Source: Somniosus microcephalus
Taxonomy: Eukaryota
DNA length: 64,000 nt
Assembly: GCA_052327205.1 (NCBI GenBank)
Contig: CM126212.1
Coordinates: 23,560,001-23,624,000, forward strand
Reading direction: 5' to 3'
The translations under genes were made by a program, and so were the position numbers. Positions 1-10,948 of the stretch are shown piece by piece (the first letter of the stretch is position 1; each line of letters begins with the position of its first letter). Under the pieces are notes generated by a model. That model was not told the origin of the DNA and searched no databases. It worked only from the letters and a program-made list of their open reading frames with translations.

Positions 1-712
1 CCCCATCGCATTCTGGCCAACCCACGCGATTTTGACTTGATTGACCTTGTTGAGCCCGCCCAGCAGGCCAATTAAGGGCCACCCGGCAACAGGTGATGTC
101 ACACATTGACAAGCTGTCAAACACTGACAATTTGCACTCAAGGTTAATTCCTTCCTCTCAGGATGATTTAGAGATCTCCCCGGAACAGAAAGCTGAATGC
201 TGGAACTTTGACAGTTCGCGGCCATTCTGCTTTCTGTGCCGGTGAGATGAGGGACTCCCGAGACCTGAAGGAAGGAAGGCTGTAAAGGTAAGTAAAAGTT
301 AGTAGAACTTCTTTAAACACTTTACACACACCAAACACACTTACCTCTGAACTCATGCACCCATCACTCACCTGAACACCAGACATCTCGACCCCTCCAA
401 GCCCTTCATCCCGACGGCACGCCTCGCTAACTTGGCGTGGTTTGGAGCCGTTGGGAATCCCACATTTCAACAATGAAAATAGGGATTAGGCTAAAAACTG
501 CTTGTTAACTACCTGTTAACAGGCAGTTAATTGGCACAAATCCCCTTCCCGCCTTGGGGAGGCGGGTCCCAGTGCGGGTCGGGTGCCCGCCTCCTTTGAA
601 ACTGGCATGGAGGTGGGTTGGGGGCGTGATGGGTTCGTGCCCCCTGATTTTGGGATTTTAATCCCCCACACACCACCAATCCCACCTCCATGGCCCAATG
701 AAAATCCTACCC
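1..712. mobile_element. Non-autonomous DNA transposon (MITE, PIF/Harbinger-like), left end outside the window
   Basis: Aligns along its length with the copy at 4503-5349. Right end GAAAATCCTACCC is followed by TTA and is complementary to the GGGCTGGATTTT left end of the other copy. Confidence 0.6.
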
Positions 713-715
713 TTA

Positions 716-1178
716 GTGTCAGCTGTGGCTCAGTTGGTAGCACACTCGCCTCTGAGTCAGAAGGTCGTGGGTTCATAGTCCCACTCCAGGGACTTGTGCA
801 CATAAAGCTAGGCTGACACTCCAGTGCGATGCTGAGGGAGTGCTGCACTGTCGGAGGTGCCGTCTTTCGGATGAGACGTTAAACCACCTGCTCTCTCGGG
901 CGGACGTAAAAGATCCCATGGCACCATTCGAAGAAGAGCAGGGGAGTTCTCCCCGGTGTCCTGGCCAATATTTATCCTTCAATCAACATCACTAAAACAG
1001 ATTATCTGGCCATTTATCACATTGCTGTTTGTGGGAGCTTGCTGTGGGCAATTGGCTGCTGCGTTTCCTACATTACAACAGTGACTACACTTCAAAAAGT
1101 ACTTCATTGACTGTAATGCGCTTTGGGACGTCCTGAGGTTGTGAAAGGTGCTATAGAAATGCAAGTCTTTCCTTTTTT
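716..1178 (+). mobile_element. Deu-SINE (SacSINE1-like), full length
   Basis: tRNA-like head (TGGCTCAGTTGG...GGGTTCA), central domain GGTGCCGTCTTTCGGATGAGACGTTAAACC...GATCCCATGGCAC, and tail AAAGGTGCTATAGAAATGCAAG. More than 10 related copies in the window. Confidence 0.85.
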
Positions 1179-1220
1179 CTTTCTCACTCAGTAGAAACTG
1201 AAAAGTGCCCATCAGAGGCT

Positions 1221-1327
1221 ACATTACAGCAGTGCCTACACTTGGAAAAAGTACAATGGCTGTAAAGCGCTTTGGGACGTCCTGAGGTCATGAAATGTGC
1301 TATAGAAATGCAAGTCTTTCCTTTTTT
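1221..1327 (+). mobile_element. Second Deu-SINE 3' tail
   Basis: Repeats the tail at ~1070-1175 (ACATTACA...GCTTTGGGACGTCCTGAGG...AATGCAAGTCTTTCC). Confidence 0.75.
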
Positions 1328-1642
1328 ACAACAGACAAGTTCAAAAGCAAACGTCACTAAACAGCAAAGCCTGACCATATTTTTGGAGGCACTCGTTCTC
1401 CCTCCAACAAGTCACACACAGTCAGAAGAGATACGGGAGTATAGTGGTCATGTTACTGGACTAATAATCCAGTGAGTTCAAATCCCACCGTGGCACTTTT
1501 GAGAATTTGAATTCAGTTTTTTAAAAATCTGTGCGGGGTGGGTGAGTGGTGTCGGGCGGGGCCGGGGGGAGCTGGTATCAGTAAAAGTGACCTTTTACTG
1601 TCGATTGTTGTAAAAACCCAACTGGTCCTTTAGGGAAGGAAA

Positions 1643-2137
1643 TAACAACAGAAAATGCTGGAAAAACGCAGCAGGTCAGGCAACATCCGTGGAGAGAAAT
1701 TTGAGTTGACGTTTCGGGTCGAACCCTTCTTCAAAACTGGAAAGAAAATAAAATAGATCGAAGGCAGGGCTGCGATCAGACAAAGGAAGTAAAAGAAACA
1801 AAAGCAGTAAAAGAGACAATAAAAGGTATTAGAAGCTAGACGAGATGGTAATAGGCTGAGATTAGGTGTAAAGTGTACTGGCAGGGCAAGAGATAGCTGC
1901 CAGGTGTGAGAGAGAAACAAAAGGAAAGTGGGGGGGGGGGGAAAGGAGTGGAAAAATTACAAGTGAAAATGTAACAGGGGCCGAGGTTATGATCTGAAAT
2001 TGTTGAACTCAATATTGAGTCCGGAAGGCTGCAGAGTGCCTAATCGGAAGATGAGGTGCTGTTCCTCGAGTTTACGTTGAGCTTCCGTGGAACAATACAA
2101 GAGGCCAAGGACGGTGAGGTCCGAGTGGGAATGGAGC
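1643..2137 (-). mobile_element. Penelope-like element fragment (GIY-YIG endonuclease C-terminus + terminal region with hammerhead motif)
   Basis: Minus strand encodes HSHSDLTVLGLLYCSTEAQRKLEEQHLIFRLGTLQPSGLNIEFNNFRS* (stop 1987-1989), a typical vertebrate PLE endonuclease C-terminus. Terminal motif AAAATGCTGGAAAA..CAGCAGGTCAGGCA present. Confidence 0.85.
1704..1738 (-). ncRNA. Minimal type I hammerhead-ribozyme motif within the PLE (U3.G8 core variant)
   Basis: AGUU-UUGAAGA-A-GGGU(UCG)ACCC-GAAA-C-GUC-AACU: stem I AGUU/AACU, stem II GGGU/ACCC, GAAA, GUC cleavage triplet. Confidence 0.6.
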
Positions 2138-3214
2138 CGTCCTGCCGTCCTTACCCGGTCTGGACTAAATGTGACTCCAGTCCCGCGCCAATTGACTCTT
2201 GACTGCCCTCTGAAGTGGCCGAGCGAGTCACTTGGTTGAATCCAACCTCAGGTCAACTAGGGATGGGCAATAAATGCCGCCTTTGCCAGCGATGCCCGCA
2301 TCCCCAAGGATGAACATTAAAAAGAAAACTGTGGTCGTGGAAATCTCAACCCCAGCACCACAGTATACAGTTGCAGTGCGCAGGCAATGTTAGTCTTCAC
2401 TCCATTACCACACCTAATCCCAAAACACCAGACGTGACACATTCAGGCCCGACTGCTCTTCAACTCCTAGGAGGAAGTCATTACTCAGAGCTCCTGTACT
2501 GCATTCCAACGCACACTTTGGGGGGTGGGGGGTTGGGTCAAAAAGAAAATCATCTCGCGTTTTAATTCACTTGAAGTCCAACAGCTGGCTCATTCCAGGT
2601 TTAGCCCAGGATTTAAGAGCAGTGCACAGTGTCACAGGTGGAAAGCAGTGATACTAGTCAGAGACGAAATGACCAGCAATACAACAGCCACCCAGTCAAT
2701 AAGGTGCTTCTTCCACGCCCAGCTTAACTCCAAAGGTTTTACACATTTAATTTTCCACTTAAAACAGGCTTGCAGTAAGCCCAGAGACTTTCCCAGCCCC
2801 TCACTCTCAAGCAATATAAAAATCGCCATTAATTCACTAGCTGCCTCTGGCATGTTGCGTGAACCAGTGGCAGCTGCTCGAAAGCAAACATAGCAACTTC
2901 TTAACAAAAAAAAATGTATTTGTGCAACCAGTTCTCCGAAGAGAGAAACCTTTGGCAAAGCTCCGAAAGTTGTCCGCTTGCAGATATCGCACAGATATTC
3001 TGGAGGCAGTTCTGAGCATGACAGGATTTGAAAGGAATCCAGTCCCTGATGAGGACGGGACTTGTTAAGTTTGGTTAACATTTTGAAATGGTGGAGTGTT
3101 TAACCGCAGAAGGTTGGGCCGGGTTATAAAATGAGAAAAGAGCAACTCAACAGCTGGCTTTAAAAAAAAACATCTCGTCCTCAATTCACATTAACATCCT
3201 CATTGTTTTTATTC

Positions 3215-3545
3215 GCCTTCAAAAGGGAACTGGACGGGGGCAGAGGTCGCAGCTTATAAAAGGCAAGTGATTCACCAATAACGTAAGCATGGTCAATGTG
3301 GTCTCCTGGCCTGGTTTCGATCGCCCGAGGGGAATCGAAGAGGAATTTTCCAGATCCCGCCCCCCACCCCACCCCGCCTTTTGGCCCTGGATTTATTTTT
3401 CCGCTTTTCGTCTCTCCCGGGAGATTACAAGACTAAAGGAATAGGAAGTGTCTGGTCATGATGCTGCAGGCATCATGAGTGTGGGGCAAGCTTGATAGGA
3501 CCAGATGGTGTTTTCCAGACCGTCATTTTCATATGTTCACATGTG
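3215..3545 (+). mobile_element. Probable CR1-family LINE 3' UTR fragment
   Basis: TTCAAAAGGGAACTGGAC (FKRELD, as at a CR1 ORF2 end) followed by a UTR ending ...GGGCAAGCTTGATAGGACCAGATGG...CATATGTTCACATGT. Confidence 0.5.
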
Positions 3546-3599
3546 TATATATGTTCCAATCTGCAGCAACTTCTTAGTGATTGCTTCCCTCTCCTCATC

Positions 3600-3890
3600 T
3601 CCCCCATATTTCTCCCCCTCTCTTCTCTGTGAAGGTGCTTTCTCACTTTGTGGTACAGTTCTGTGGTCACTGACTACCCCTCCAGTACCTGGTGGTAAGT
3701 GTTGGAGACTGACATTAGAATCGAGCCTGTCTGCGCCAGATGTCTACACAGCAGGGGTCTTCAGCATGGGTTATTGGATAGCTAGAACCGTGGCTAATTT
3801 TAGTTCCCTCTATAGCCCTGGGTGCTGGTGCCAAGTGTAACACACTAGCTGAGACCAATCAATTTGGAATAAACCAGGAATTGAACCTGA
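3600..3890 (-). mobile_element. Degenerate LF-SINE-like element
   Basis: Scattered motifs (GAAGGTGCT, CCCTCCAGTACCT, GCTGAGACCA, GAATTGAACCTG) are shared with other old copies in the window; strongly diverged. Confidence 0.4.
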
Positions 3891-3891
3891 G

Positions 3892-5375
3892 ATCATAGAA
3901 TCATAGAATCTTACAGCATCGCAGGAGGCCATTCAGCCCTTTGTGCCTGTGCCAGCTCTTTGAAAGTGCTATCCCATTAGTCCCACTCCCCCTGCTCTTT
4001 CCCCACAGCCCTGCAGATTTCTCCTTTTCAAGTATTTCTCCAATTCCCTTTTGAAAGTTACTATTGAACCTGTTTTCACTGCCCTTTCAGGCAGTTCATT
4101 CCAGATATCAACGACTCGCTGCGTAAAATAAAATTCTCATCTCCCCTCTGGTTCTTTTGCCAATTATCTTAAATCTGTGTCCTCTGGCTACCGGCCCTCC
4201 TGCCACTGCAAACACTTTCTCCTTATTTACTCTGTCAAAACCCCTCATAATTTTTGAACACCTGTATTAAATCTCCTCTTATCCTTCTCTGCTCTAAAGA
4301 GAACAACCCCAGCTTCTCCAGTCTCTCCACATAACTGAAGCCCCTCTTCCCTGGTACCATTCTAGTAAATCTCCTGCACCCTCACCAAGGCCTTGACATA
4401 CTTCCTAAACTGTGGTGCGCAGAAGTGGACACAATAGTCCGGCTCAGGCCTAGCCAGTGATTTATAACGGTTTAGCAGAACTCCCTTGCTTTTGCACTTT
4501 ATGGGCTGGATTTTGATACTGGAGGCAGGACTACAACTTAGGAAATACTTCTCTTCTTCCTCCCTCCCTCAACACCCATGTGTTTCCTCAGGTGTGGCCA
4601 ACCCACGCGATTTTCACTTGATTGACCTTGTTGAGCCCGCCCAGCGAGCTCAGCAGGCCAATTAAGGGCCACCCGGCAACTGGTGATGTCACGGTTGACA
4701 TTTCATCTGTTAGGAGCTTTTGACAGATGAAATATCAGCTCTTTGAAGCTGTCAAACACTGACAATCTGTACACTAAGTTAATTCCTTCCTCTCAGGCTG
4801 ATTTAGAGATCTCTCCGGAACAGAAAGCTGAATGCTGCAACTTTTGACAGCTCGCGGCCATTCTGCTTTCTGTGCCGGTGAGATAAGGGACTCCCGAGAC
4901 CTGAAGGAAGGAAGGCTGTAAAGGTAAGTAAAGGTAATTAAACTTCTTTAAACACTTTTTACACACACCAAACACACTTACCTCTGCACTCATGCACACA
5001 TCACTCACCTGAACACCGGACATCTCGACCCCTCCAAGCCCTTCAGCCCGACGGTCCGCCTCGCTAACTTGCCGTGGTTTGGAGCCGTCGGGAATCCCAC
5101 ACTTCAGGGATAAAAATAGGGATTAGGCTAAAAACTGCCTGTTAGCGACCTGTTAACAGGCAGTTAATTGGCACTAATCCCCTTCCCGCCTCCGAGAGGC
5201 GGCTCCCAGCACAGGTTGGGTACCCGCCTCCTGGGAAACGGGCATGGAGGCGGGTTGGGGGCGGGATGGGTTCGTGTCCCCCGATTTCGCGATTTTAACC
5301 CCCTACACGCCTCCAATCCCGCCTCAACGGCCCAATGAAAACCGAGTCCTATGCCTCTATTTATAAAGCCCAGGG
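3892..5375 (-). mobile_element. CR1 LINE 3' fragment split by a MITE (4503-5349)
   Basis: (ATCATAGA)n tail, GGCCATTCAGCCC 3' motif and CR1 ORF2 C-terminal remnant. The sequence CTTGCTTTTGCACTT-TAT-GCCTCTATTTATAAAGCCCAGG is rejoined when the MITE is removed. Confidence 0.85.
4503..5349. mobile_element. MITE, PIF/Harbinger-like, with 3-bp TSD
   Basis: Imperfect TIRs GGGCTGGATTTT ... AAAACCGAGTCC. TAT is duplicated at 4500-4502 and 5350-5352 within a CR1. A second copy lies at 1-712. Confidence 0.7.
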
Positions 5376-6175
5376 TCTACAGGTTTCTTAATAATTTAAT
5401 CCACATTTACCAATTAAAACACATTAGAAACTATTTTGATCCAATGAGAAACTGCTTCCATTTGGCAGCTTTAAATGCAGACTGAACAAGCGAGCAAGTA
5501 TTTGCGCACAGGGTTCACACACAGATACACCACACAGTCCGGAAGAGCTCAGTGCCTTGTACTTAACAACTAGGTGTTCACTTCATTTAACGTATCCACA
5601 AAACAGGTTTTTATAAAGAGCAGCAATTAAGACAGTGTTAGCACAGTTACCCTAATATATTCTTAGCCTGAGGAAACACATGGGTGTTGAGGGAGGGAGG
5701 AAGAGAAGTATTTCCTAATTGCCAATTTTTGCACAACTTCCCCTGCAGAAGCTGAGTAATGTGCCTTTCTGCAACTTCCTCTGCCCTGCTAAGCAACATG
5801 CAGAAGCATAATTAAATACAGAAGACTAGTTCGACAAGAGTGTATATATGGCATGTATTAGTTCCAATATTGTAATTCGAAACAAGACCAAGCCAGCCTT
5901 CCCCAAGAGTCAGAACAAAATGGAGATGCTCACTCCTCACACGGCACAGTTTGCACCTCTGTTGTTTGAAAGCCCCAAATGCCCTGTTGTTATCACAAAA
6001 ATATTTTTCCTGTGCTTTAATGCTTGGAATGAGCCAGCTGCGAGAACAGCAGTCGGGGTCATGCTCTATGCCTGAGAGGGGAAATTCATCCTCGGTGTCT
6101 TGCTCCTGCTCACTGTCCAATCATTTGTGCTGGAAGGGTGAGGGTGAGGGCAGGGCTAAGCTTGGCTGTGATACT

Positions 6176-7945
6176 AGAACATAAGAAGTAGTAGCAGGAG
6201 TAGGCCATACGGCCCCTCGGGCCTGCTCCGCCATTCAATAGGATCATGGCTGATCCGAACCTAGACTCACGTCCACTTCCCTGCCCGCTCCCCGTAACCC
6301 CTAATTCCCTTATCTGCTAGGAAACTGTCTATCTCCGTTTTAAATTTATTTAATGTTGCAGCTTCCACAGCTCTCTGGGGTAGCAAATTCCATAGATTTA
6401 CTACCCTCTGAGTGAAGAAGTTTCTCCTCATCTCAGTTTTGAAAGGGCGGCCCCTTATTCTAAGATTATGCCCCCTAGTTCTAGTCTCACCCATCAGTGG
6501 AAACATCCTCCCCGCATCCACCCGATCAAGCCCCCTCACAATCTTATATGTTTCGATAAGATCGCCTCTCATTCTTCTGAATTCCAATGAGTAGAGGCCC
6601 AACCTACTCAACCTTTCCTCATAAGTCAACCCCCTCATCTCCGGAATCAACCGAGTGAACCTTCTCTGAACTGGAGAGCAAGTATATCTTTTCTTAAATA
6701 TGGAAACCAAAACTGTACGCAGTATTCCAGGTGTGGCCTCACCAGTACCCTGTATAACTGAAGCAAGACTTCCCTGCTTTTATACTCCATCCCCCTTGCA
6801 ATAAAAGCCAAGATTCCATTGGCCTTCCTGATCACCTGCTGCACCTGCATACTAACCTTCTGTGTTTCATGCACCAGGACCCCCAGATCCCTTTGTACTG
6901 TAGCACTTTGCAGTTTCTCTCCATTTAGATAATAACTTGCTCTTTGATTTTTTCTGCCAAAGTGCATAACCTCACACTTTCCAACATTATATTCCATCTG
7001 CCAAATTTCTGCCCACTCACTTAGCCTGTCTATGTCCTTTTGCAGGTTTTTTATGTCCTCCTCACTCACTGCTTTCCCTCCCATCTTTGTATCGTCGGCA
7101 AACTTGGATATGTTGCACTTGGTCCCCTCCTCCAAATCGTTAATATAGATTGTAAAGAGTTGGGGTCCCAGCACCGACCCCTGCGGAACACCACTAGTTA
7201 CTGATTGCCAACCCGAGAATGAACCATTTATCCCAACTCTGTGTTTTCTGTTAGATAGCCAATCTTCCACCCATGCCAATATATTACCCCCAATCCCGTG
7301 ATTTTTTAACTTGTGCAGTAATCTTTTGTGTAGCACCTTGTCAAATGCCTTTTGGAAGTCCAAATACACCACATCCACTGGTTCCCCTTTATACACCCTG
7401 TTTGTTACGTCCTCAAAGAATTCAAGCAAATTTGTCAAACATGACTTCCCCTTCATAAAACCATGCTGACTCTGTCCAATTAAATTATGCTTATCCAAAT
7501 GTCCTGTTACTGCTTCCTTAATAATGGACTCCAACATTTTACCAACCACAGATGTTAGGCTAACTGGTCTATAGTTTCCAGCCTTTTGTCTACATCCCTT
7601 TTTAAATAAGGGCGTTACATTAGCAGTTTTCCAATCTGCTGGGACCTTTCCTGAATCCAGGAAGTTTTGGAAAATTACCACCAATGCATCCGCTATCCCT
7701 ACCGCTACTTCTCTCAAGACCCTAGGATGTAAGCCATCAGGTCCAGGGGATTTATCCGCCTTAAGTCCCATTATCTTACCAAGTACCATCTCCTTAGTGA
7801 TTTTAATCGTGTTTAGCTCCTCCCCCCCATAGCCCCCTGTTTGTCCAGTGTTGGGATATTTTTAGTGTCCTCTACTGTAAAGACTGATACAAAATATTTG
7901 TTCAGCGTTTTTGCCATCTCCATGTTCCCCACGACTAATTTCTCC
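6176..7945 (-). mobile_element. 5'-truncated CR1 LINE, reverse-transcriptase half of ORF2, frameshifted
   Basis: ORF 6647-7789 contains KSPGPDG, NYRPVSLTS, YLDFQKAFDKV, GVPQGSVLGP and KFADDTK. It continues in another frame (6267-6710: RRMRGDLIETYKI...FFTQRVVNLWN). CR1 3' UTR present. Confidence 0.95.
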
Positions 7946-8049
7946 CCACTACTAATAATACTCTCCCCACTCAGCCCAAGGGCGAATAGTCTACTGGCCA
8001 TTCGGCACGGTAGCATAGTGGTTATGTTACTGGACTAGTAATCCAGAGG

Positions 8050-8571
8050 TAACAACAGAAAATGCTGGAAAAACTCAGCAGGCCAGGCAACATCCGTGGA
8101 GAGAAATTAGAGTCAACGTTTCGGGTCAAAACCCTTTATCAAGACTAAAGAGGCAGAGGGAATGAAATAGATTAAGAGGCCAGGCTGGGATAGAACAAAA
8201 GAGAAGAAGAGACATTAAGAGGTATTCAAAACGAGACGAGATGGTGATAGGACTAGTGGAGACAAAAGACGGCTCTAGATTAGGCGTGAAATGCGCTGGC
8301 AGAATGGGAGACAGCTGCCATGTGGGAGAGAGGGAAAAAAAAGGAAAGGGGGGGGGGGACCAAAACAAAGGTGTGGATAAAAAATATAAGTAAAAATGTA
8401 ATAGGGGCCGAGGTTATGATCTGAAATTGTTGAACTCGATATTGAGTCCGGAAGGCTGTAAAGTGCCTAATCGGAAGATGAGGTGCTGTTCCTCGAGTTT
8501 ATGTTGAGCTTCCGTGGAACAATGCAAGAGGCCAAGGATGGTGAGGTCCGAGTGGGAATGGAGCGATGAAT
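8050..8571 (-). mobile_element. Penelope-like element fragment with 14-bp TSD
   Basis: Encodes HSHSDLTILGLLHCSTEAQHKLEEQHLIFRLGTLQPSGLNIEFNNFRS* (end of ORF 8414-8617). TAGTAATCCAGAGG is duplicated at 8036-8049 and 8572-8585. Confidence 0.9.
8111..8146 (-). ncRNA. Minimal type I hammerhead-ribozyme motif within the PLE (U3-A8 core variant)
   Basis: AGUC-UUGAUAA-A-GGGU(UUUG)ACCC-GAAA-C-GUU-GACU: stem I AGUC/GACU, stem II GGGU/ACCC, GUU triplet. Confidence 0.6.
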
Positions 8572-9149
8572 TAGTAATCCAGAGGCCTGGACTAATGATC
8601 CAGAGACCGGAGTTCAAATCCCACCATGCCAGCTGGGGAATTTAAATTCAATTAATTAAATAAATCTGGAATAAAAAGCTAGTGTCAGTAATGGTGACCA
8701 TGAAACTACCGGATTGTTGTAAAAACCCATCTGGTTCACTAATGTCCTTTAGGGAAGAAAATCTGCCGTCCTTACCTGGTCTATGTGACTCCAGACCCAC
8801 GGCAATGTGGTTGACACTTAACTGCCCTCTGAAATGGCCGAGCAAGCCTCTCAGTTGTATTCAAGAAGGCGGCTCACCATCACCTTCGAGGGCAGTTAGG
8901 GATGGGCAATAAATGCCGGCTTTGCCGGTGACGTCCACATCTGGTGAAAGAATTTTTTTTAATTCATTGCCCGTGAAGACTGGCCACACGGGCAAGGTGT
9001 CAGAGGGGTGCACGCAATGTGGCCTAACAGGAGTCGGTGCCTTTAGAAGAGGAGAGAATCATTTCCCCCCGGTATGCTGACAGAATTCGAATTGACTTTT
9101 GTGGGGTGGGGAGGGGTAAATGTTTACATCGGCGCAGTATGGAGGGGAA

Positions 9150-9432
9150 TGTCGCATTGTTGCAGGCGTCACCTTTCAGCTGAGACATTACGTTAAAGTC
9201 CCATCTACCTGTTCAGATGGGTGCAATGGACCCCCATGGTGCTGTCTAGAGAAGAGCATGGAATGGTCCTGGTGTCCTGGGCAGCATTCCTCGCTCATCC
9301 ATCACCACTGAAAACAGAGTAACCAGCCATTCATCTGACAGCCGACTGTCAGGCCTGGCTGTGCTCAAACTGGCTGCTGCGTTTGTCTACTTTGAAAGCA
9401 AAGGTGCTATATAAATGCAAGCTCCTTTGTTT
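9150..9432 (+). mobile_element. Old, diverged Deu-SINE body and tail
   Basis: Degenerate central domain (CACCTTTCAGCTGAGAC...GAAGAGCA...GGTGTCCTGG) and tail AAAGGTGCTATATAAATGCAAG. Confidence 0.6.
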
Positions 9433-10890
9433 CTTCAAAAAATTCTCCCTGGCGCCACGAGATTGAGGTACCCAGCTTCTCACAGCTCAGATCAACGTCA
9501 AGAGTGTGTGCCTTGTGTAGCCCACTCTCCGCACCTGGACTCCGTGATTGGCAGGAAGGTAGGAGGGCAAAGGGCACTGTTCAGGGGTGCATGCTCATGA
9601 ACTGAACAGGCATTTGAATATCTGATGCTGGGAGATTTTCTTTCATGTTACTGAAGCTGGTCGTTGCTCTTGTATTTCACACCCAGGCTTCCATTTCCCT
9701 AAACCTTAAAGATCTTAAATCCAGACTAATGGAAGCTGCTCTTACCTTAGGTTTAGTGCCACTCACACACCCGGAGGCAATCCCAAGGTAAACCTGTCGG
9801 ATTCGCTTACGCCAGGGTTTTTTTAATTACAGGGCTTTCCCAGAGCATCCAGAACGAGCAACGTCAACTTGCTGTTGTATTGCAACCAAGGGCGATCGGA
9901 GAGGCCTGAGGAAAATAAATGGCACGGGGTCTCCCGCAATGGAAAAGCAGCGAAAAAGGGACGAATACGCTTCATTGCTCACCTGTTCGATATAATGGGG
10001 ACCAAACAACCTACTACTGGTTGGTGGAAGGGAGGGGGCCTCAGGAAGCTAACCTCGGTCAGTAGAAGGGGGCAAGTGGAAATCCTGTCACTGACCTGGC
10101 TTTATTGGGGTTGGGAAGGGAGGAAGAGACTTCAAGTGGCCAACCTTGGTCACTAAAGGCAGGAGAGAGGAGATTCACCCAGCGGGAATTTAGTCACCAG
10201 GGAGGGGAGGTTTCTTGCATATTGTAGAGGAATATTCAACATATCAATTTTCAAAGCTATGATGTATCGGACAGTTAATGCAAGTCAAGTGCTCATATCG
10301 GCACTAATCCTCTACAAAACACTGCATTCTCAACACTCCACTTAAAAAATATATTGACAAGCAGTGCCTATAAATATACAAAGTGGCCCTAGTGTTTTGG
10401 TTCTATATTAAAAATTAGGGACATGCATTCAGTAGTCACTTTGTATCTTAATTCACTTATTTTCCCCAGTACACAACATACTGCAGCTGTGACTTAGGCA
10501 AGTCCCAATACAGATGTTGGATATTCAATGCTAATGCCATCTTAATATGGTTTATATCATCCTGTTTAATATCCAAACATCAAAAACTAAAAGCATCCCA
10601 ACCTTTGTACATTTTCTCAACCCTAATTCTTTCAAGTTATCAATTGCTTATGGTTTGAATTAGTATCACAAACTATGCTTTAAAAGAGACCAGATTGAAA
10701 TTGCTTTAATTAGTTTAAAATGAGGAACATTGAGAAACAGATGGCCTTTTTTTTTCCCTTCCACTCCTTGCCAACACCAGCAAGGCGGTGGCGTTTGGAG
10801 GTATTGTAAAAAGAGACTGCTAAAAGCTTGTAGGCTTGTAGCCGTGACCAGTTATAGGTCCAATGCCAGTACACGTAGTGCCAGCATGAA

Positions 10891-10948
10891 AAGAAAGAAG
10901 AATCTGCATTTATATAGTGCCTTTCACGACCTCAGGACATCCCAAAGC
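10891..10948 (-). mobile_element. Deu-SINE 3' tail fragment
   Basis: TGCATTTATATAGTGCCTTTCACGACCTCAGGACATCCCAAAGC is the reverse complement of the SINE tail. Confidence 0.7.

Larger units (their letters stand above)
1433..2323 (+). mobile_element. tRNA-derived SINE (family B) with LINE-derived tail, interrupted by a Penelope unit at 1643-2137
   Basis: Head TAGTGGTCATGTTACTGGACT...GAGTTCAAATCCCACC and tail TAGGGATGGGCAATAAATGCC; homologous to 8004-8960. Confidence 0.75.
8004..8960 (+). mobile_element. tRNA-derived SINE (family B), interrupted by a Penelope unit at 8050-8571
   Basis: Head GCATAGTGGTTATGTTACTGGACTAG...GGAGTTCAAATCCCACC. Tail TTCAAGAAGGCGGCTCACC...TAGGGATGGGCAATAAATG matches the LINE tails at 22985-23670 and 44560-44820. 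Confidence 0.8.

Noticed and set aside
716-800. tRNA genes at SINE heads
   Set aside because: A/B boxes are present but run directly into SINE bodies, so these are tRNA-derived heads.
6267-7789. Active retrotransposon or novel RT system
   Set aside because: Ordinary CR1 ORF2 that is 5'-truncated (no endonuclease) and frameshifted.
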